Origin: Phoronis australis
Lineage: Eukaryota > Animalia > Phoronida
Assembly (NCBI GenBank): GCA_002633005.1
Contig: NMRA01000058.1
Coordinates: 1,081,658-1,145,657 of the forward strand
Reading direction: 5' to 3'
DNA: 64,000 nucleotides
Part shown: positions 25,020-39,179 of the stretch, piece by piece
How positions within the stretch are numbered: the first letter of the stretch is position 1
How the letters are laid out: each line of letters begins with the position of its first letter
Notes under the pieces: generated by a model
What the model was told of the DNA's origin: nothing
Seen by the model: the letters and a program-made list of their open reading frames with translations, nothing else
Databases searched by the model: none
Translations under genes and position numbers: made by a program

Positions 25020-27570
25020 AACTGTTCTCAAGTATGAGATCGGTCAAGTGTATGTACACATTTTTTCTGTTACATATGGTTTCTTGAAACATACTTGATC
25101 AAAGCAAATGATTACCACACATCTTGATGTGCGGTTTGACTTTTGAGCACCTCGAGACACAATCAGCTGTTTCTAGTTATGTTTCTTGAAAAGGAGTTCG
25201 CTTTAGTTAGATAATTCACTCGTTTCTTAACCAATTTTAATGATGAGATTGCTCCCATTATGGACTGAAGAATCTGACGATTTCGCTTTGAGTTAGATGT
25301 AACCAGCCCTTCTACCGAGTTTGATAGTATTCGTTGTAAAATGTACAGATGATCGAGTCGCCGAGTCGAGTACTTTTACAGCAGTGTCAGTATTGTGACC
25401 GAAAATGAACGTAATGTCATTTTTATTGGATAGACCATGTTTGTCAATTGGTGGTCGCGAATTTGACTTCTACGTGCCGGCAATGTTCAGTCTTTGGACT
25501 TGAATAACAAAGCTATACGCGCATTTTTACAATATGAAAAGCACTATCTGTTTCCAGATAGTCAGCGAGCAAGGCCACAAGAACACAAACAGTGGATGAG
25601 CGATAACAGTCTAAAGTTGAATTCAAGCATAGAGTAGCGTTCTGTAGAGCAAGTTTCTTCTACGAAAATCGAGATTACTCAGAATCACGCGAAGATGGCA
25701 ACCGATTTGATATCCGTTATTCAACGGAGAAACCTGGTTCTCAAAATGCAGTAGCCTGTGACTGCTCATATCATTACTGCATGCCAATGTACTATGAATG
25801 GAACTTCCTCAAAGGCAAATGGGCGTAGCTTTAAGAAGATCTCTAGGAACACAAACAACCTTTTTAAAAGGATACCAGAACCCGGTCCTGCTTTAATAAT
25901 AGGTATTAAGAGCGACTTTCCCGTACAATTCTCTGAAACAAAGAATAACCTGTAATCCTCGACAACCCTCAAAAAGTTTGGAGGAAAATTGAAAACTACT
26001 TCAAAGTAAGTCTACTAAACGGGCAACTGTGAGGAAAGTCCATCCATTATGAACCATAATAGCAATTCCGTGACATAGGGAGAATGAGTTTCAATTTATT
26101 CATGCTTTTATCTTTGAAGATTGACGCCAGTGATACATTAGCAGGTGACAGAACGACGATAAGTTGAAACCACCAAAAGAGGGTTTAGAATCCTTTTAAA
26201 TTTGAGCAGGTCACATCTCAGGTGACTTGGCATCTTTGCTTTGCAGCATCAGTAGCATAGTCTCGACTGAGTCAACAAGTCGCAGGGAAAGGTTGGTGAA
26301 AATGCTAACCCTTGCTTTTATCTAAATTAAACTTGGTCCGAAAACAGTTTGAAGTTTCAATTTGAGGTGCACTCACACTTTGCCATCAACACGTGTCCTA
26401 CATATTAATTAATGTTATCCATGTACTGCTCAGAGTGGCATTTTGTACGATTGTCATGTTTTTTTAAAAAGGATCATCACAGTGTGCATCACCGCTGCAC
26501 AAACAAGCAGCAGTGACAGCGTGACCTGATTTCTGAGTCGCCTGCAGAGGAATGGGCTTTGGTGGCAAACGATGTTCGATCACTTTATATCCACCTATTC
26601 TTTGAAATCAAGGCAAGAAATATTTCTGTTTCTCAATGCAGTAGAGCCAGTCTAAACATAGCTGCTTTTTTAATCCGGCTCCACATGCTGTTACCTTTAA
26701 TCGGTAATCACACCAGTTTAATAGGCAACAAAACTGAGAACCTGCAACAAAATACACTTAAGGATCACTAAAATTATGCTGTATTTAATGTTGACAAACC
26801 AGGCACTGTTTTTTTGAAAAAAACTGTAGTTTGCAGCTGTGCCGACACTAACAAGAATGTTGTTGAAACAACATCCGCTTTCATGCTGGCGTCTTGTTTA
26901 AATGCATCTCAAAAGTGACGTGTGTGTGTTTTGCAGCTTCACGTAAGTGTGATATCTGAGGATGAGGAAATTGCATTCAACTTGGCGTGTCAGCAAACTC
27001 ACAGGTTAGATGTAAAATTAAAATCGCGCAGCAGACCACTTGGTGACATGCAATAGACAAGGTGAACTATATGAACAATATCGGACATACCAGTGGGGTA
27101 AGCCTACGCATGACGTGAGAGAGAGAGAGATACCCAAACAGAGACATACGTAGCTACTGGAGTCTATTCACTACAGACTTGTAGTGAGATAGAACCCTAT
27201 GCCTCTGTTAAGGCCTCTGGCGTGAGTGTTGAATTTGATGATTAATTCGGCCTCGCACTTTCTCCGTGCGTAAATGTCCGGCAGCCCCCCTTTGACTACC
27301 AGTACATTGAGGTCACTGGTAGTATGGCTTGGGAGATTGAAAAGTTCCCCAATGGGGACCGCCCTGTTGTTGTGCAGGATCGTCTGCCTATTGCCATTCG
27401 TTCTCGTGCGTAACGGGTTACATTTCTCCCCGAAATACCAAGTATGGGGACATTTACCACACCTAATAAGTTACACAATGCCCGCTGTGATTGTCACCAT
27501 TGAGTGTACCTGTGGCAGGTGCTGAGAAATGTCCAGTGCAGTGGAAGACCTCTAAGAAGCAAGCTGCTAC
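25020..27570 (+). mobile_element. Old L2/CR1-group LINE-derived repeat, copy 1
   Basis: HKQWMSDNSLKLNSS (WMxxNxLKLN motif) at about 25585, then RRNLVL..TAHIITAC. Colinear with the inverted copy at 60770-62960. Confidence 0.65.
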
Positions 27571-27749
27571 GCTATCGTTGCCCCATCACAACATCCTCGA
27601 TCCTTCAGTGTACACAGTATGTGCCAGACAGGTGTTTTGTTTCATTTTTTAATGGTGCTAAGTGTCTTCAATGCGTCCTCAAATCCGAAATAGTTAGTAC
27701 TGGTACAGCAGTCTAAAATCGAAAACATAGTCATTCATTCTGTTAGATG

Positions 27750-27800
27750 AAGCAATGTGGCCTAGTGGTATAGATGTCCGCTTCCATGGGTTCGAGTACC
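27750..27800 (+). repeat. tRNA-derived SINE head fragment
   Basis: A-box-like TGGCCTAGTGG (27758) and B-box-like GGTTCGAGTACC (27789); no complete cloverleaf. Confidence 0.45.
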
Positions 27801-27904
27801 AACTTGCAAACCGATTTCATTAAACTAATTGACCTTCGGAACATGTGTGCAAAAATCTTGATACCTTGTAGTGCTTGGTACCGCAGCTGTAAGCACAGGT
27901 ACAA
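27800..27904 (+). repeat. Near-identical copy of 14246-14350 (Academ subterminal sequence)
   Basis: 105 bp CAACTTGCAAACCGATTTCATTAAAC...GCACAGGTACAA with one visible mismatch. Confidence 0.9.
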
Positions 27905-28553
27905 TTTTGAATAAGGTGGCCTTAATTTGCATTAATCATAGAACTGATCATGCAACAACCTTCATAATAATGCACCTGTGCTTACCAAGGGAAGTGTGTT
28001 TACTGTATTGCCGGATACACAACTGGTTTAATGACCAGTGAGCGCTAATAAACGATTGAAAGAAAGCTTTAACGATAACAAACGTGTTACCTGATGCGGG
28101 AAACTCCATTCGTCTGGAGTTGTAACCGTACTGGGTACATGTTTGACTGTACCGAGAAACTATTCGTGTAAAAAACAATGGAAAGCACATTGGGCACATC
28201 TATAAATTTAACATGGAACCTTTGACAGAATTTCATTTAAACAATCCGAAAAAGAAGCAGTTAAGTGTGTGAACCATTTTCCTCCGTGTGACAAATTATA
28301 TTCAAACTCATGAGATATGATGTCGCTTTCGTAAAATGTAACAATGATACATTTCTTTCATTCAACGTAAGTTGTAACAATGACATACTTAAATGAAACA
28401 ACAAAAAGGGATCACTGAAATTTTCGGATATAAATAACATCCTTCGTCAACAGAAACAGAAATAAAGTGAAATCAAACACAATATGACAATTGACATCTG
28501 GTACATGGCGTAATGAACATGATACATTGTTGCGAAAAAAAGAAAAAATATTG

Positions 28554-28883
28554 TAAGAAGTCTTTATGTTCAATCCATTAGGTTCAAGTGTGATATTATT
28601 TACCTAATAACGTGTAGAAAATGCCCCATTCAATACATAGGACCAACCCAACATGATCTATAAACTCAGTTTCGCAATCATGGATTTAACATAATACATA
28701 AAATCATTTCTGATAGAACAGGTAATCATATCAATTCCAAAAACATAATCTACAAGATTTTTCTGTACAAATAATACAGAAACTCCAATACCCTAGTACA
28801 CCTCACAGACTCAAAAGAGAACAATTTTGGATAAATCAGCTTAACACACTTCAACCTAATGGATTGAACATAAAGATTTCTTA
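28554..28883. mobile_element. Small MITE with about 39-bp TIRs
   Basis: TAAGAAGTCTTTATGTTCAATCCATTAGGTTCAAGTGTG and CACACTTCAACCTAATGGATTGAACATAAAGATTTCTTA. Confidence 0.85.
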
Positions 28884-29104
28884 AATTACATTTTACCAAA
28901 TTGTTAAATTTACGGTTCATCAGTGCTAGCCTTCGAAAAAGGCAGTGACTTCGCCAGCAACAGACGCATACCCTAATATAGTTTCGCTATACAAGGGTGG
29001 TGTCACAAGTCACACCCGTTTATCTACTGTGGTGGTATTTCATTTTTAGTATTTCTGTCGTCACCTTGTTTATTTTTCCAGGCCCTTAGCAAGGGGGGGG
29101 GGGG

Positions 29105-29155
29105 NNNNNNNNNNNNNNNNNNNNNNNNNNNNNNNNNNNNNNNNNNNNNNNNNNN
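29105..29155. other. Assembly gap (51 N) within a poly-G tract of a MITE end
   Basis: N run flanked by G homopolymers; CAGGCCC..GGGGTTCGAGGGGTTCGAAC context. Confidence 0.98.
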
Positions 29156-32100
29156 GGGGGGGGGGGTTCGAGGGGTTCGAACAACCTCCCTCCTCTGCGG
29201 AAAAGGTCCAGCTCCAGCCCATCCGTTAAAGATAGGATAGGCTTACAAATGGAAAACAGCTACCAACTACATTGATAAATAAGTTAGTAATAATTTTGAA
29301 TTTGCCTCTGGTTCAAAGCGCTTCACGTCATCATCGGTCCGTATCCGGTCAACTTCACTCAATTGGTACTCACGTAGATGACAGGATCGTGTAGACGGTT
29401 AGAGGAGGCTTTATGTTACTAATCGGCATTGAACACACGTGATGGTTACACCGTAGGGTAACAAAGGAATCTAGAAGTAAATGGCTATACGTAGCTAAGC
29501 TATATATCAAAAAGTCACAGTGCGGTGTCAATGCCTAAAATCGACCAAGAAACAAAACAGCAGATATTGCTTGCTAGCATAGTACGGTAAAGGGCAGCCG
29601 TTTTCGAATTCGGAATTGAAACTGCTCGTCAAAAAAGTTTTGTTTTTCACGCAGTGTCCAATGGAGCAATTCGACAATCTTTACATTACTAGAGGGCGCG
29701 CGTGTACTAGTGGTGATAGATTAAGAAGCCTCGATTTTCCGATGCCTTCAATGCATGGTGAAATGGCTTTCAGCCGTGCCAACTGAATTTAAGATTGCGT
29801 GAAAATGGTACTTCTACGAGAGGAAGTAAGCATGATGATATAGAAAGGAAGGTTTGTGATTATTTTAACGATCATTCCATGCTTACCATACTGATGCCTG
29901 TTAACTGAGGTACTGGCCGATGTCGACTTCGCGGCAGTCGCCAGTCGGGTTAATCATTCATTGTTGTGATGTGTGTTACGATAGCTGACGTAGCTCTCGG
30001 GATCTTTTCCTGCATGAAAGCAACATTATTAATGTTTGGAATGAGTTCTAACAGGTTTATCAGTGACAGTTACATCAATCAATGCTCAATGTTTATGTTG
30101 TCAACTCGATATTGGTTAGTGAGGTAAGACTACAATCCAAACCCAAAGGGTACGTGACAAATATCCATTAGACTATTTGTTTACTCCCTATTGTTTGTCG
30201 TCCGGAAATCTATAGCACCTAGGCATGAAAACATATCATGTCTGTTTTCACCTGACCTTTATTTTTTATGTTTGAGGGCTAGTGCCGTGCAGAGGAGATA
30301 TGCATCACTTCTGCAACCGTCCCTGAATGTAGTCGACTGCAACTAACCAGCAAAATCTTCTAATCCAGTACAGATCTGTTGTCAAGGCCTACTTTCTATA
30401 TCGGAGCCAAAAACAAAGCCTTTGAAAAGGGACAGCTATTTTAAGGAAAGGCATGTAAGTTGTTTTGTCAGGTGCTCAGCGGGTGGTTGGCATAGGGGGT
30501 TGGAGCTGTAAAATTTGGTGCAACTGAATGTGTGGAAATAACAGGTAATAGTGAGGTAATTCTTAACCTTCATGAAGTTCTTTGAAGTTTCGTGAAACTG
30601 TTTTGCTATCCATTGTAAACCCCCAAAAATATTACATTTTCAGAATGCTCAATGACGGAACAGTCTTAACTCGTGCCTTGAAGTGTTGCAAGTCGTTTAT
30701 ATGACTGCCATTTTTGTGAAAAATGGATTTTTGCTGTGAACATACGAGTGACGTCGTATTTGAACATATTATTCTTACTTCCAATAGGCAAACAATGGTG
30801 CCTCAGGATTTTTAATTACTCTCAAACAACAGAAAGATTATCCATCGTTTTTAAATGACCCAAGTCTTCATATCTTCTATTGGAAGAAACATAAAAAATC
30901 TGAGAAACGGTTACCTCAGCCTTAGACCAGAAGTGTGCTTCACAGACCCATAAATCTGTAATCGTTGTTTAAAAATGCCGAAAGTATCAAAAATCAAAGG
31001 CTTGAAAATGGTTAAAAAAGGTTTGAAGTTGTCTCAAATAACTTGCATATTTTTGCAGACAAAACTTTAAAGAATTGTTATGGCTAGGGATGAAAAATAA
31101 AGAATCAGTTCTGTATAAATCAATACTTATTATATTATATACTTCCTTGCTTTCTGGAAATATTAATTCTTTAATTTTGTGTGAAATTGTAAAGCAGTTA
31201 CCATATCATATTTTTGAAAAACAAGGGCAACATTTTTGACCCAACCTGACATATTTAATTATTCATGTTTCAATATCTGTTCCAGGTTCACTGACATCTT
31301 TAAGGCCACTTCAAGCCGCAACATAGACGAGCTTTGTTACTCCTTTCACTTCCCGCAGCATATCGTCCACACAACAGCAGGCACAATGTAGAAGTCAGTG
31401 GCCCTGGAGAAATGTGAATTGCAGTTCTGTACTAAGTGACCATACGAAAATGTGCCAGTGGATTGTTTGTGTGTGAAGAGGAACTATATCTGACTGCTAC
31501 ACCAGCCAGCCTCGTTGGTGAGGATGCCCTTTCATATAGGCAATGAGTCATGTGTGGACAACAATGGCTTATTTCCTTTCTTGGAAGAAACATGAGGGAC
31601 TGAAGCTAAAGAAGACCTAGTAACACTCTGGTCTAGTGCAGGGTCAGATTTTGGGCACAAAGGGATTCAAGTGATATACTGTTGTAATTACCTTCAAGGA
31701 TCTTCGAAACTGGACCTTTTTACAAACGCTTATCTAGGCCATTGAAACTCGATCCAATGAAATGAAAACCAAAAGCATCTAGCATAAATACATGTCCTTT
31801 CTCACTGAGTGACATTAACTTTCCTTTCAGAAGAAAGGCTTGATACTAATGGTAAAAACTTTTCAATTTGGTACGCATTATGCGGAAATGACATTCAGTG
31901 ACTCCAACGATTGTCTTATGGTCAGTAAAAGCCCGTTAATGCTACACTTTCTCAAAGAAATTTTTCATCAACAGGCAAGTTTGTCACTAATTAATCAAAA
32001 CACAATATTTCTTCAGTTTTAAAGCCCCATAAAGTGCAGTTGTGCTGCTTCTTTATAAAGCTGAAATAATTACCGATTACGGTTGCGAATTTTCATTTTT

Positions 32101-33487
32101 CTTCTTGAACTTTAGAAATGTCTGGTGATCATAACGACGTGTTCCCCCTTTGTTTGCATTTGATTTGTTTGTGTGTGAAACTATTTTTAGAGCTTTCTGA
32201 AGAAGGCCTTTGACCAGTTTTAAGTTTTGTATTAACTTGTCTATAACAAAAGTTCCACATACAACCAGAGTATGTTTTAATCGTAGCTAGCTGGATAAGA
32301 ATCTGCTATGCACAAGATATGAGAGTAAAGAATAATCAGTGTATTTAAAAATAAAATGACAAACTGAAAAACCACATACATACAACGGAACAACATTATA
32401 TGTTGAAAACAATTGTAATTTTTCCAATGCAAGGGCTGACTTTCTGAATTGAGAGATTCAATTCTCTCAGTTTATTGGTGAAGGACTGCTTTTCACTATG
32501 TCGAATGATGAAATAGATAGTAAGGCGGCTGGTTTCAGTCGTTTTCTCTCACCTGTAACAAAATAGTCGGAGAAATATTAGCAAATTGCAAGAAAAAACT
32601 AGTTTTGTCAGGCAGAACTTACTTGACATTTGATCTTCATATTTACATGTAGAACATAATAATCTTTGTTCCCAAGCCTTATTTAATATCTGAATTAAAA
32701 TATGTGAAACAGGCTAAGAGTGATTTGAGAATGTGTATTTTTCATGACAGCTAAGACGTGTTCCTGATCTCAACACATAAACTTCATTCTAGGTGTCAAT
32801 TCTTATTCCAATGCAAGGTTACGAATTTACTGAATAGCTCATTCACGTTAATTCGGTAACTATAATGTGGTAGTCCTGGGGGTGGGGTCAGCTATAAAAT
32901 AAGGAAACTCACTCATCTATAGAATTTTATTGGATATACCATAGTTTTAAGAGTAACTGCTGTGAAAAAGTCACCCTTGACTTGTGAGCGAAACGTCAGC
33001 ACTCACACCCAGGACAATATGTGAATATGTGCTGCTAGCCTACCATCCGGGTCCCGGGTGAGTTTCTGAAGAGAAACATTTATTTCCTCTGGATAAACCC
33101 GTTATTCTGTGGGGTAACTGGTGGGGATAACATCACAGCGATTTCGATAGAAACTAATTGCTAAGACTTAACAAGTGACGTGGTTATGTGGTCTCTCACT
33201 GAAAATGCTTAGAGCAAACACACGGGGCGTGAGGCTTTACTAAGTACTACAGGCAGATTATTTTGATGCTTTCACACATGGTCAACGAATTTAATAGTGA
33301 ATTTAAGCAAATTAAGGCCGCCATTACTTGTGGGGATAGTTCGTGGTACTATATATACTTGGGTTACCCTGTTCTTGGTTGGACTGTAGATAGTTGTCTA
33401 ACAAGGCAGCCACAGCAAGATGACGGAGAGCAGCATAAAAACTAAACACGGTCGTTGAGTTTCTACTGACACACAAAGTTTATTAAC

Positions 33488-33490
<3 letters not shown>

Positions 33491-33532
<42 letters not shown>
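33491..33532. repeat. (TA)n microsatellite
   Basis: Pure TA run. Confidence 0.97.
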
Positions 33533-33535
<3 letters not shown>

Positions 33536-33829
33536 TGGATAGAACTATGTGTGAGTTGTGAGTGCAAAACAACAACAATATTGAAAGATCCGGTGACTTC
33601 ATCCAAACCATAAATATGAATGAAGTCTGGACAGCTGTCTGGTATATAGGCTTTCACTGTGAGCAGCCAGGGGTCAGTGATATAGTGAACAAAAGCCCAA
33701 GGATGTCCGGAATTGTTATATAACATAAATGTTTTGCCGGGACAGTTGTACGTCATAGGAACTGATTTAACTTGCACTTAATTAACCTCATGAGAATTCA
33801 TGACATTACTCAAAATTTTGTTTGTTCTA

Positions 33830-35640
33830 ATAGCTACAGTGCCAAGCACCACCGGTGAACTATCAAAATATTTGCACCAATGTTCCCATTGTCAATTAGT
33901 TTAATGAAATCAGTTTGCAATATGATGCATGATAAATTTGCATAATCAATGCAAATTAAGGCCACCATTATTCAAAATAATATTTCTCCTCATAACGCCC
34001 TTACCAAGCACTGCAGACAAGTTACTTTAATGTTTTCACCAATGTTTCTATGGTCATCGAATTTAATGGAGATCATCATGAATTTGGATAATGTATGCAA
34101 ATTAAGACCGCCATTATTCAGAATTCTACTTTTGCTTAAAGCTGAAGTACCAAGCACCCAAATAAACTATTTTAACTTCTTCGCTCATGTTTCTGTGGTC
34201 AATCAATTTAATGAAATCAGTTTGCATGTTGTTGCATGATAAATTTGCATGGTTTATATAAAGAAATGGCAAGTATTTGAAATACTGTTTCTGCTCATAA
34301 TTTCCTAAGGGCCATTACATGTAGATTATTTTCATATTATATCTCATGTTTTCATGGCCATCATGAATTTTCATAATTGACAATTTACGAAAATTACAGC
34401 TGTTCTGTTCTGCTTGTGCTTACAGGTATAACTGCTGCACCAGACACCAGAGGCTAGTTATTGATATTTGAACTGTACTCAATAAATTTAATGAAATCTG
34501 TATGCAGGTTGTAGCATGATATATTTTCAGAATCTTTTTTTGAAGATGAAGGAAGAAAATATTTTGGGCAGTTAGTGCTCAGCAGTTTGAGGCTTTAAGT
34601 TCGAAAAAGATATTGTCCGTTGCCCTGCGCTCCCACAGACCATAGAAAAAAACGCAAATTAGTTTAATGACAATGGTGAATGCTGAAATGGGATTTGGAT
34701 TGATCAGTTTATAGGAAACACATTCATGAGGAACGGACACAGTATTGGGGGCATAATAGGGAATTGCCCTTAAAGAAGAGACTCTTAAGCTCTGGGTACA
34801 AGTTGTCATTTGTCCCACAGGATTGAATCAGGCCTTGGAGAGATGGAGAGCGATAACACTGCATCTTGTACTGAATATCACACAGCAGATAGGAAGGCAC
34901 GTCTTGATGCAGATGCCCAGGGTATTGCACGAATCTGTCAAAAAGTAGATACCAGCATCGATCTATTGGATCCCGAGGTCCATCCAAAAAGACGAAGTAG
35001 TGAACATTAGCTGTGACAAGATTGCTACTCCAACAATTAATGTACATGAAACAATAAGCATTGGACAGGCGATGTTATCAGACATCAAGAAAGGCTAGCA
35101 GTACGTTACAAGCACAAGCAGGTAATCACTGATGAAGATCCCCCACTGTCTCTTAAAATAGTACAAGGACATTGGCAGCAGGCATTTTGGAGTGGAGACA
35201 TCTCACAAAGAAGCTGTTTCCATTATTTTCCAGCAGGACGTGAAAGGTTCATGTCAATTTAACAAATTTTCAGTTGTTTTGGATGACACAAATGAATTGG
35301 TGCTTCGTGTGCATTACTATGACAAGGAACAGATTCAAACACCACAACCATTAAATCACTCAGTAAGCGTAGAGCAGTCGTAGACATTAAGTTGACAGTG
35401 GAAACATGTAGTGATATTGTGAAGGTCTCCTCCGTGCCCATGCGCTGTAGGGGTGTAATACTGTGGTATGCTACTATGGAGTTGGAAAGGGATCCATCGT
35501 TAAAATTTTGAATGCTGGACATGACCTGTCTGTCATCGGCACTGCTAAATTTTCCTGATGTCATAAAACTGGCCACTAAATGTATATGTGCCTGTTATAG
35601 AATGAAGAGAATCAGGAAGATGCCAGGAACCAGACTATTA
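33830..35640 (+). mobile_element. Academ relic: left subterminal repeats and degenerate transposase
   Basis: 34685-35600 reads NGIWIDQFIGNTFMRNGHSIGGIIG..KARLDADAQ..IDLLDPEVHP..SHKEAVSII..VVLDDTNELVL (HEEAD and DDTDV motifs decayed). TTTAATGAAATCAGTTTGCA repeats at 33900-34520 are shared with the 12768-14449 element. Confidence 0.8.
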
Positions 35641-36678
35641 GTATGGGGAAGAAAAACTACCTAAATTATTACGAACTAGGGGACAGCGGCGCAAAATTGG
35701 TGACGAACGTGGGACCGCGCTTTACTGGTGACAATCAGAAGAAACGCTACTGTTCTCTTCCATCGAGGTTACAATAGTCCAAATTACCTGAATGACTTAA
35801 TGCTTTTTTGGTTTATTTCATCCACACACGAATTTCAGTGGAATTTTCATTGCCAGTAGCTACACCAGCAGTTAAAACTGCAAGCGAGCGCAGGTCTGTG
35901 TTAGGCAACCTCGACTGCGCAAAGACGAGGCATCCCTTTCCTTCACCGAACATTCCCCGGCTTCGGGCTCTAGCACAAGGCAACTTTTCGATCGCAATTT
36001 TGTTTCTCGTGAAAAGGTTCTTAAATGAGTAAATTTCTACGTCTTGAAATGTGCTTATTCTACGCGTACTTTTTCAGATATTTATTATCATTAATAAGCA
36101 AGTCCAGAAAAAAAACAAACAATTAAGTACACCCATTCATTCAAGCATGCACACCTCAGGAAAGACCATTCTTGTATCTCGTATAAAGTGAACCACTGGA
36201 GTGAACAATAAAATTTTCCCATTTCCCGGAGAAGCTGTCATACACAAAATTTTATGCAATTAATTTTTCAGCATTGTATTACTCATAAGTATATGTGACA
36301 AACTTGTGAATATTAGGTGTATTTTTGTGGTATCTCTCCTTGTAAATGTACTGTTAGGCTAGTTATAGCAAAACGTTAAAATAATAGAAAAATCGTGTGT
36401 CCCATAAAGTCGAAGAAGAACACATTTGTACGAGAGACAGTTGAGGAGCTGAATGAGACACTTGTGGAATCGTTTCTGAATTCCTTCCAAAAATCTTGTA
36501 CAGAGTGACATTACCAAAAATGGTGTGACAGCGTCTCTGAAGCTTTGTTACAAAAGGAACATAAGTTAGAATCCGGACTTGGGTTTTGACTAAAAAGTAT
36601 TTGTTGCAATAATCCTGTGTATATTCTAAAATGGAGCCATCTTTAGTTGGGTTCTTTTGTAATTTCATAAGGCAATGC

Positions 36679-36680
<2 letters not shown>

Positions 36681-36711
<31 letters not shown>
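36681..36711. repeat. (AT)n microsatellite
   Basis: Pure AT run. Confidence 0.97.
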
Positions 36712-36714
<3 letters not shown>

Positions 36715-37393
36715 TTTCTTCCAATCTAACCATATTTCCCATTTACACTCTGACTTATAAGGTTTCTTAATGTCGTTTAAGATAGAACAAATATCATGGG
36801 CGGCAGACCATAGCGGGTTAGGGGGGCCAGTTTTTTCAGTGCTGGGCCGTTCATGATCTATGGTCGGTGCACCACAGAGGGGCTTTGGGCTATAGCTCCA
36901 CTTTTTTCAGTACTACGCCGCTCATGAATATGTCTACAACCCTTCACTTTTCATCAGTTGATATAGTCCAATCATGCTCGAGCTCTCAAATTAATTAATT
37001 AAGAGCAGAACGTTAAGTATTAAACGTACGCGTAGATTAAGCAAAATCACTCGTAAATTACTCAAAAGTACGCGTAGATTAAGCAAACGTACACGTAGAT
37101 TAAGCGCAAGTATACGTACTTTAAAGGCAAAGGCAACCTTTTTTCATGTCAGTTTTAGCAAAAATAAGGTTCGTTGATTATCCCAGACATATTTTTCACT
37201 TATTTACTGCTTTTCGTAATTTAATTAATTACTCGTTGTCTTCTCCGGAAGTGACGTTTTGGGAGGCAAGAATTTCGCGCCAAATTTTTTCATATAGTCT
37301 TACTGTGAGAGCAGTCGAGTTAGTCATTGTTCTACCTCGATTGTGATAAGTTCGGTCGTCGTTTGCATTTGCTTACGAGTCAGTCAACATGCC

Positions 37394-37587
37394 AGATAAT
37401 GGCAAGCATTTATCGGTAACGGGCTGATGTGTGCCCAAGGTGCGATGTCCATGGGACTTGTATTGTTATGTGAAACAAAGACGAAACAAAGGAAAACAAT
37501 GGAAGAATCCCATAGGCGATAACCCGTCGCATGGATCTCGCCAATTAAACAATAACTTGCAACATCCATATGACGTCATTTGGCATG
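37394..37587 (+). repeat. Interspersed repeat, copy 2 (see 7713-7913)
   Basis: Direct sequence similarity. Confidence 0.8.
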
Positions 37588-37680
37588 CATAAGCAAAAGC
37601 ACACAAAGATTAAGCTCATTTTAACTCGAATAAAGGTACTCGTTTGAGAACCATTTGGCGCTTTGCATATAATACACAGG

Positions 37681-38195
37681 GGCGGTGGATAGGATTGTAC
37701 ATCCATGAACAACCCTGCCCATGTGGCACATACTGAGCCACAACACCACGTTTCTTACAATTTCTCTTTTTATCACTCCGGCTGGTCTGCTCACTCAGCT
37801 TGTCCGGAACCCTGCTTTGCAGGTTGTTATAGCCCAGTTGGCTGTTTGGTGTACCCACTTGGTACTTTATATGATATTTGCCCATTTGGCAGTTTGTACC
37901 ACTTGGTACTTGTTATTGAATTTGCCGTTTTGCTCGATCCAGTTGGTTGGCAATCGGACAATACTCATTTGGTGTTATGTACCCATTTGGTACTATGCTA
38001 ACCTGTGCCACTTAGTATCCGATACTCAATTACACTTTGGAAATGTGTGTGTGTTATCTCTTGTAATTAAGGAACCCATCTGGTTCCTTCTGTGAAATAT
38101 TTACTTGTATAGTTGTACCCTGAAATTCTCAATACAACTTAAAATATACATTATTCTTGTTGTTTGATTTGTCCCCAATAATACACTGCTTGTTA
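37681..38195 (+). repeat. About 0.5-kb interspersed repeat with internal CCCANTTGG array, copy 1
   Basis: Colinear with 50706-51215 and 51662-52045. Confidence 0.9.
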
Positions 38196-39179
38196 ACGGG
38201 ACAAATTATCACCAAACAGAAACCCCATGGACAGAAAACATAAATGCAGTGTATCATCATTTTTGTACTCGAGAGATACTTTCACGCATTTCGAGGATAC
38301 CAAACCCAAAAACGTTGACGTTTCCAGCTTTCTAATGTAATCATGAATATTGGGATATTTTACATGATTCATACATACAAGTTGAGAATTTCTAGACTCG
38401 CCGGTGTATCACCGGTCTGCACACAATGAAGAACACGGGTTCAGATGAGATAACATTGGATGTCCCAAAGGTTTTTGGTAGAGTAAGGACTTATCTATCA
38501 AAAGCAAAGCCACCACAAAACTCTTGTGTCCGCGAGATTCGTCCAAGAAAGAATTCGTTCTATTGGAAAATTGTGGGACTTGACCGTATGCCGTATTTAA
38601 GAGACGCAAGAAAGCTCAACACACTCAGTTAAAATTGACGTATGTACTTTGATGGCGGGATGCATGTTCATCTGATTCTGTCCCAACAGCCGTTTTTCAT
38701 TAATTTTGTTTCTCAGGTATGTTGTTACTTGACGCATACGTGAAAGGGATCTCCGAGGAGCCCATGGGCAAAGTGCAAGCGATAATCAACGGGTTGCAGA
38801 TAATAGGACATATTTCTTCGTCCGTATGCTCCAGCCAGTCACTGAGATTGGGGTTTTTGGTGAACCTTTCTTCATACGTCTCCAGTATTGCTGCTACTGT
38901 TTCACCTGGAGTATCAATAGTAATTTGCGCAATTTATTGTTGCGAATACTACAAGCTGTCGACGGCATCAAAGTCGAAATCAACAGGCAGATGTGTGCAT
39001 GTATAAATCTGTTTATGTATGTACATGTAGCATGTGCACGTACTGTACCTGTATATTCAGGTATATATAACTACTGTTTTATAATGTTTACCTGTTACCA
39101 GATACAGTGTATGCTAATTCGATATCTGGGCAGCAATGTCATCTTTTGTACTTATCTATACTATTGAAATGAAATGTAA

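Noticed and set aside
27750-27800. Functional tRNA gene
   Set aside because: The A and B boxes are too close, and there is no acceptor stem or anticodon arm; a SINE remnant at best.
31280-31600. Kolobok transposase relic (YIVPAV..) and nearby exon-like pieces at 32480-32690
   Set aside because: Too degenerate to support by eye; needs tblastx or an HMM search.
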